From assembly GCA_038844785.1 (NCBI GenBank), contig JAWBRA010000021.1, positions 1 to 27,664 of the forward strand: a stretch of DNA of 27,664 nt. The letters run 5' to 3'. The position numbers were made by a program, and so were the translations under genes. Within the stretch, counting starts at the first letter, position 1. Each line of letters begins with the position of its first letter. This document shows, piece by piece, positions 25,066 to 27,664 of this stretch. Origin of the DNA: Candidatus Caldarchaeum sp. (GTDB lineage Archaea > Thermoproteota > Nitrososphaeria_A > Caldarchaeales > Caldarchaeaceae). The notes beneath the pieces are model-generated. The model saw only the letters and a list, made by a program, of their open reading frames with translations, was not told the DNA's origin and did no database searches.

Positions 25066-26630
25066 AGCTTGAGGTGGAGCTTGTCAAACATAGCCTGATA
25101 TATATCTCGGAAGAGATGGGGGTGGCTTTACGGAAGTCTGCTTACTCACCCAACATAAGGGAAAGAGCAGACCACAGCTGCGCAATACTGGACGCTTCAG
25201 GCAGGCTCATCGGCCAAGCCGAACACATACCAGTTCACATCGGGTCTCTTCCCCTAGGACTCCGTAACACTCTTAGATATCTTGAGGAGAAAGGGGTTGA
25301 GGTCTCGGAGGGGGACATGTATGTTTTAAACGACCCATACATAGCTGGAACACATCTGAACGACGTGACGACGGTTAGGCCTGTTTTCTATCATGGGAGG
25401 CTGATAACATACGTAGCCAACAAAGCCCATCAAGTGGATGTAGGCGGCATAGATCCGTCAAGCATCACGATAAGGGCTGAGACGCTCTGGCAGGAAGGGC
25501 TCGTGCTACCGCCTGTCAAGCTCATGGAGAGAAACAAGCTCGTTGAAGACGTTGTCGAAATAATCAAAGCCAACACACGCATGCCCGAAGTCACAGCAGG
25601 CGACCTACGTGCACAGATAGCAGCCAATCTGATGGGTGAAAGAAAAATACTGGAGCTGGTTGACAAGGTTTCGCTACCCGTGTTCACAGAAGCTGTCGAA
25701 GAGATTCTACAGCGGACAAACAGAGCCGTTCTGTCGGAGATGTCTGAAATGCCGCATACAAAATGTGCTGCAGAAGATTTCCTTGAGCTCGATGACAGAG
25801 ACCTTGTCATCCACGCTGAAGTTGAGATAGGGGCTGACGGCTTCCGCGTGAATTTTGACGGCACAGACAAGCAGGTCGACAAACCGTTGAACGCCGTTCT
25901 CGGCGTTACAACAGCGGCTACAACCTACACGTTGCGGACGCTTCTAAGTAGCGACATCTTGCTCAACGACGGCTTTCTCAGAACAATCTCAATCCACGCA
26001 CCATCCGGCACTTTAGTAAACCCTGTGAAGCCGGCTCCGGTGGCGGCGGGCAACCTAGAGACCAGCCAGCGTATCGTGGACGTCCTCTATAAAGCCCTGT
26101 CGCAAGCCATGCCCGACAAAGTTCCAGCGGCAAGCAACGGCAGCATGAACAACTTGATGATGGGAGGCGTTCACCCCGAGACAGGACGGGCGTGGGCTTT
26201 CTACGAAACTATAGGCGGGGGTGGGGGTGCGAGGCCTGGAATGGACGGGGTCGACGGGATACACTGCCACATGACAAACACCCTCAACACGCCTGTTGAG
26301 GTCATAGAGCACTACTATCCAGTTAGGTTTAGGTCTTATATGCTGAGGGAGGGTAGCGGCGGCGAGGGACGGTGGCGTGGCGGCATGGGAATAGAGAGAA
26401 GCTTCACAGCGCTTGCGAGAATACATGTGGCCGTCATGGGCGAGAGGTCTCGTCGCAGGCCGTGGGGGCTGATGGGTGGCGGGGAAGGCGCGGCGAGCGA
26501 ATACTTTATCGTGAAGTCAGGCGGCGAGGTTGTCAAGCTGAGGTCTAAAGACGTTACAGTACTTGAGCCCGGAGACACGCTGGTAATACGCACCGCGGGA
26601 GGCGGCGGTTACGGTAGAAAGGAAGCCTAG
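25062..26630 (+). CDS. hyuB: Hydantoinase/oxoprolinase subunit B (HyuB/OplB-like)
   Basis: SAYSPNIRERADHSCA, HIPVHIGS, NDPYIAGTHLND, AHQVDVGG, ETSQR, YETIGGG.GA, HMTNTLNTPVE and TAGGGGYG; ATGA overlap with subunit A. Confidence 0.92.
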   Translation: MKLEVELVKHSLIYISEEMGVALRKSAYSPNIRERADHSCAILDASGRLIGQAEHIPVHIGSLPLGLRNTLRYLEEKGVEVSEGDMYVLNDPYIAGTHLNDVTTVRPVFYHGRLITYVANKAHQVDVGGIDPSSITIRAETLWQEGLVLPPVKLMERNKLVEDVVEIIKANTRMPEVTAGDLRAQIAANLMGERKILELVDKVSLPVFTEAVEEILQRTNRAVLSEMSEMPHTKCAAEDFLELDDRDLVIHAEVEIGADGFRVNFDGTDKQVDKPLNAVLGVTTAATTYTLRTLLSSDILLNDGFLRTISIHAPSGTLVNPVKPAPVAAGNLETSQRIVDVLYKALSQAMPDKVPAASNGSMNNLMMGGVHPETGRAWAFYETIGGGGGARPGMDGVDGIHCHMTNTLNTPVEVIEHYYPVRFRSYMLREGSGGEGRWRGGMGIERSFTALARIHVAVMGERSRRRPWGLMGGGEGAASEYFIVKSGGEVVKLRSKDVTVLEPGDTLVIRTAGGGGYGRKEA

Positions 26631-27499
26631 ACAAGATTCTCGACTATAACCGCAAGCATTATAATAAGAAGCTGAGGGCTTGTAAGCTTGAACAACATAT
26701 ACGCAGTTCTTTTCGAAGGACTTATCATCAAAGCCAGCGAGGGAAGAATCAAAGCAGCACCGCTCAACGCCGCTGCCAGCAGATAAATAAGCCCATATTT
26801 TTCAGGGTGGAGAAAGTAAAGAAGAAAAGTGAACAAAACCGAGATGACGGTCGTGGAAGCTATGCAACGTATGGCTGTATTCTCCGAGGTCACGACCGGA
26901 AGCATGGGAACGTGGGCCCTGCTGTAGTCCTCTTTATAGATTAGGGCAAGGCTCCATATATGGGGCGGTATCCAGAGAACGATCAGCGCCGCAAGTATCC
27001 AGGCCTCCGGCGTGGGCCAGAAGCTTACAGAGGTGTAGCCAGCCATCAAAGGCGCGCCTCCAGCATAGCTTCCTAAGACGATGTTCAACGGTGTCCTTTT
27101 CTTCGCCCACAAAACATACACAACCAAGTAGTCGAACATTCCCGTAGCTATGAAGAAGAAAGCCATCCAGTTGATTGAAAAAGCGAGAAGAAGCGATAGA
27201 GCCATCAAAACCATGCCGAAAGCCAAGGCCTTCCAAGCGGGCTTGATAAGCCCTTGCGGCAAAACCCTGCGGGACGTCCTCTTCATCACAGCGTCAAGCG
27301 ACCTCTCCAAATAGTTTGAAACAGCCTCCGTCCCCGCGACGCCTAACGTTATCGCCACCACCGCCTTCGTGAACAGAACTGGTTCAGGGAAGCCGTTTGC
27401 GGCAGCTAACACCCCCGTAGCTCCTGTGAAAGCCAACAGCCACCACACGTTAGGCTTAGTCAGCAGGAAATACGTCTTGAAAGCTGCCGCGACGTTCAT
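26627..27499 (-). CDS. cyoE: Protoheme IX farnesyltransferase (heme o synthase, UbiA family)
   Basis: LTKP, NYLERSLDAVMKRTSRRVLP, KKRTPLNIVLG, WIPPHIWSLA and EDYSRAHVPMLPVV; multiple TM helices. Start ATG 27499 or TTG 27508. Confidence 0.93.
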   Translation of the reverse strand: MNVAAAFKTYFLLTKPNVWWLLAFTGATGVLAAANGFPEPVLFTKAVVAITLGVAGTEAVSNYLERSLDAVMKRTSRRVLPQGLIKPAWKALAFGMVLMALSLLLAFSINWMAFFFIATGMFDYLVVYVLWAKKRTPLNIVLGSYAGGAPLMAGYTSVSFWPTPEAWILAALIVLWIPPHIWSLALIYKEDYSRAHVPMLPVVTSENTAIRCIASTTVISVLFTFLLYFLHPEKYGLIYLLAAALSGAALILPSLALMISPSKRTAYMLFKLTSPQLLIIMLAVIVENLV

Positions 27500-27664
27500 C
27501 GCCTGCAACCTATTTCTTCAGATTTATTTGTGTTTTCTTTCTTCTTGGTTTTTTCCTTAATGTTCTGTTTCAATAGAGAATCTGTCTCTGTTCTCGTATG
27601 TTTTATGGCATACGCTGCAGAATGATTGTCTCCTGTCATACTGTGGCTGAACACCTGACGGTAT

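Noticed and set aside
21254-27499. moaA and cyoE as part of the hydantoinase/isomerase system
   Set aside because: Both are convergent housekeeping cofactor genes, and no molybdoenzyme or oxidase gene is in the window. Adjacency alone is insufficient.
1-27664. CRISPR array, tRNA, rRNA, integrase or att sites
   Set aside because: No regularly spaced repeats, cloverleaf or rRNA-like segments, or recombinase ORF were seen by eye. A covariance-model scan was not possible.

Overview
Archaeal chromosomal window. TATA/BRE-type promoters lie about 24-30 nt upstream of the first genes of operons, and internal genes carry GGAGG/GGTGA Shine-Dalgarno sites. The gene content resembles an aerobic thermophilic TACK archaeon such as Caldarchaeum/Aigarchaeota; this is an inference. 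Left to right: (1) the 5' end of a paREP/DUF3782-type coiled-coil gene; (2) a divergent corrinoid-type locus with a signal-less Cys-rich BtuF-like protein and a bacterial-type Dph6-like ATP pyrophosphatase on one side and btuF-btuC-btuD on the other; (3) an AT-richer island of about 10.5 kb with a Dpp/Opp ABC importer interleaved with DUF1177, a hydantoin/Asp-Glu racemase and DUF917, plus AroM and an atypical M29-like metallopeptidase, bounded by degenerate DNA and an IS6-family relic with recognisable terminal inverted repeats; (4) an S9 peptidase, ogt, a wHTH-MNT/HEPN pair, moaA, a maleate-isomerase-like gene divergent from hydantoinase/oxoprolinase A/B, and heme o synthase. The best candidates for undescribed systems are the island (an orphan catabolic pathway, probably for modified, cyclic or D-residue peptides) and the Dph6-like/soluble-BtuF pair (possible corrinoid repair). 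No rRNA, tRNA or CRISPR array was seen. All family calls come from motif recognition, not database searches.
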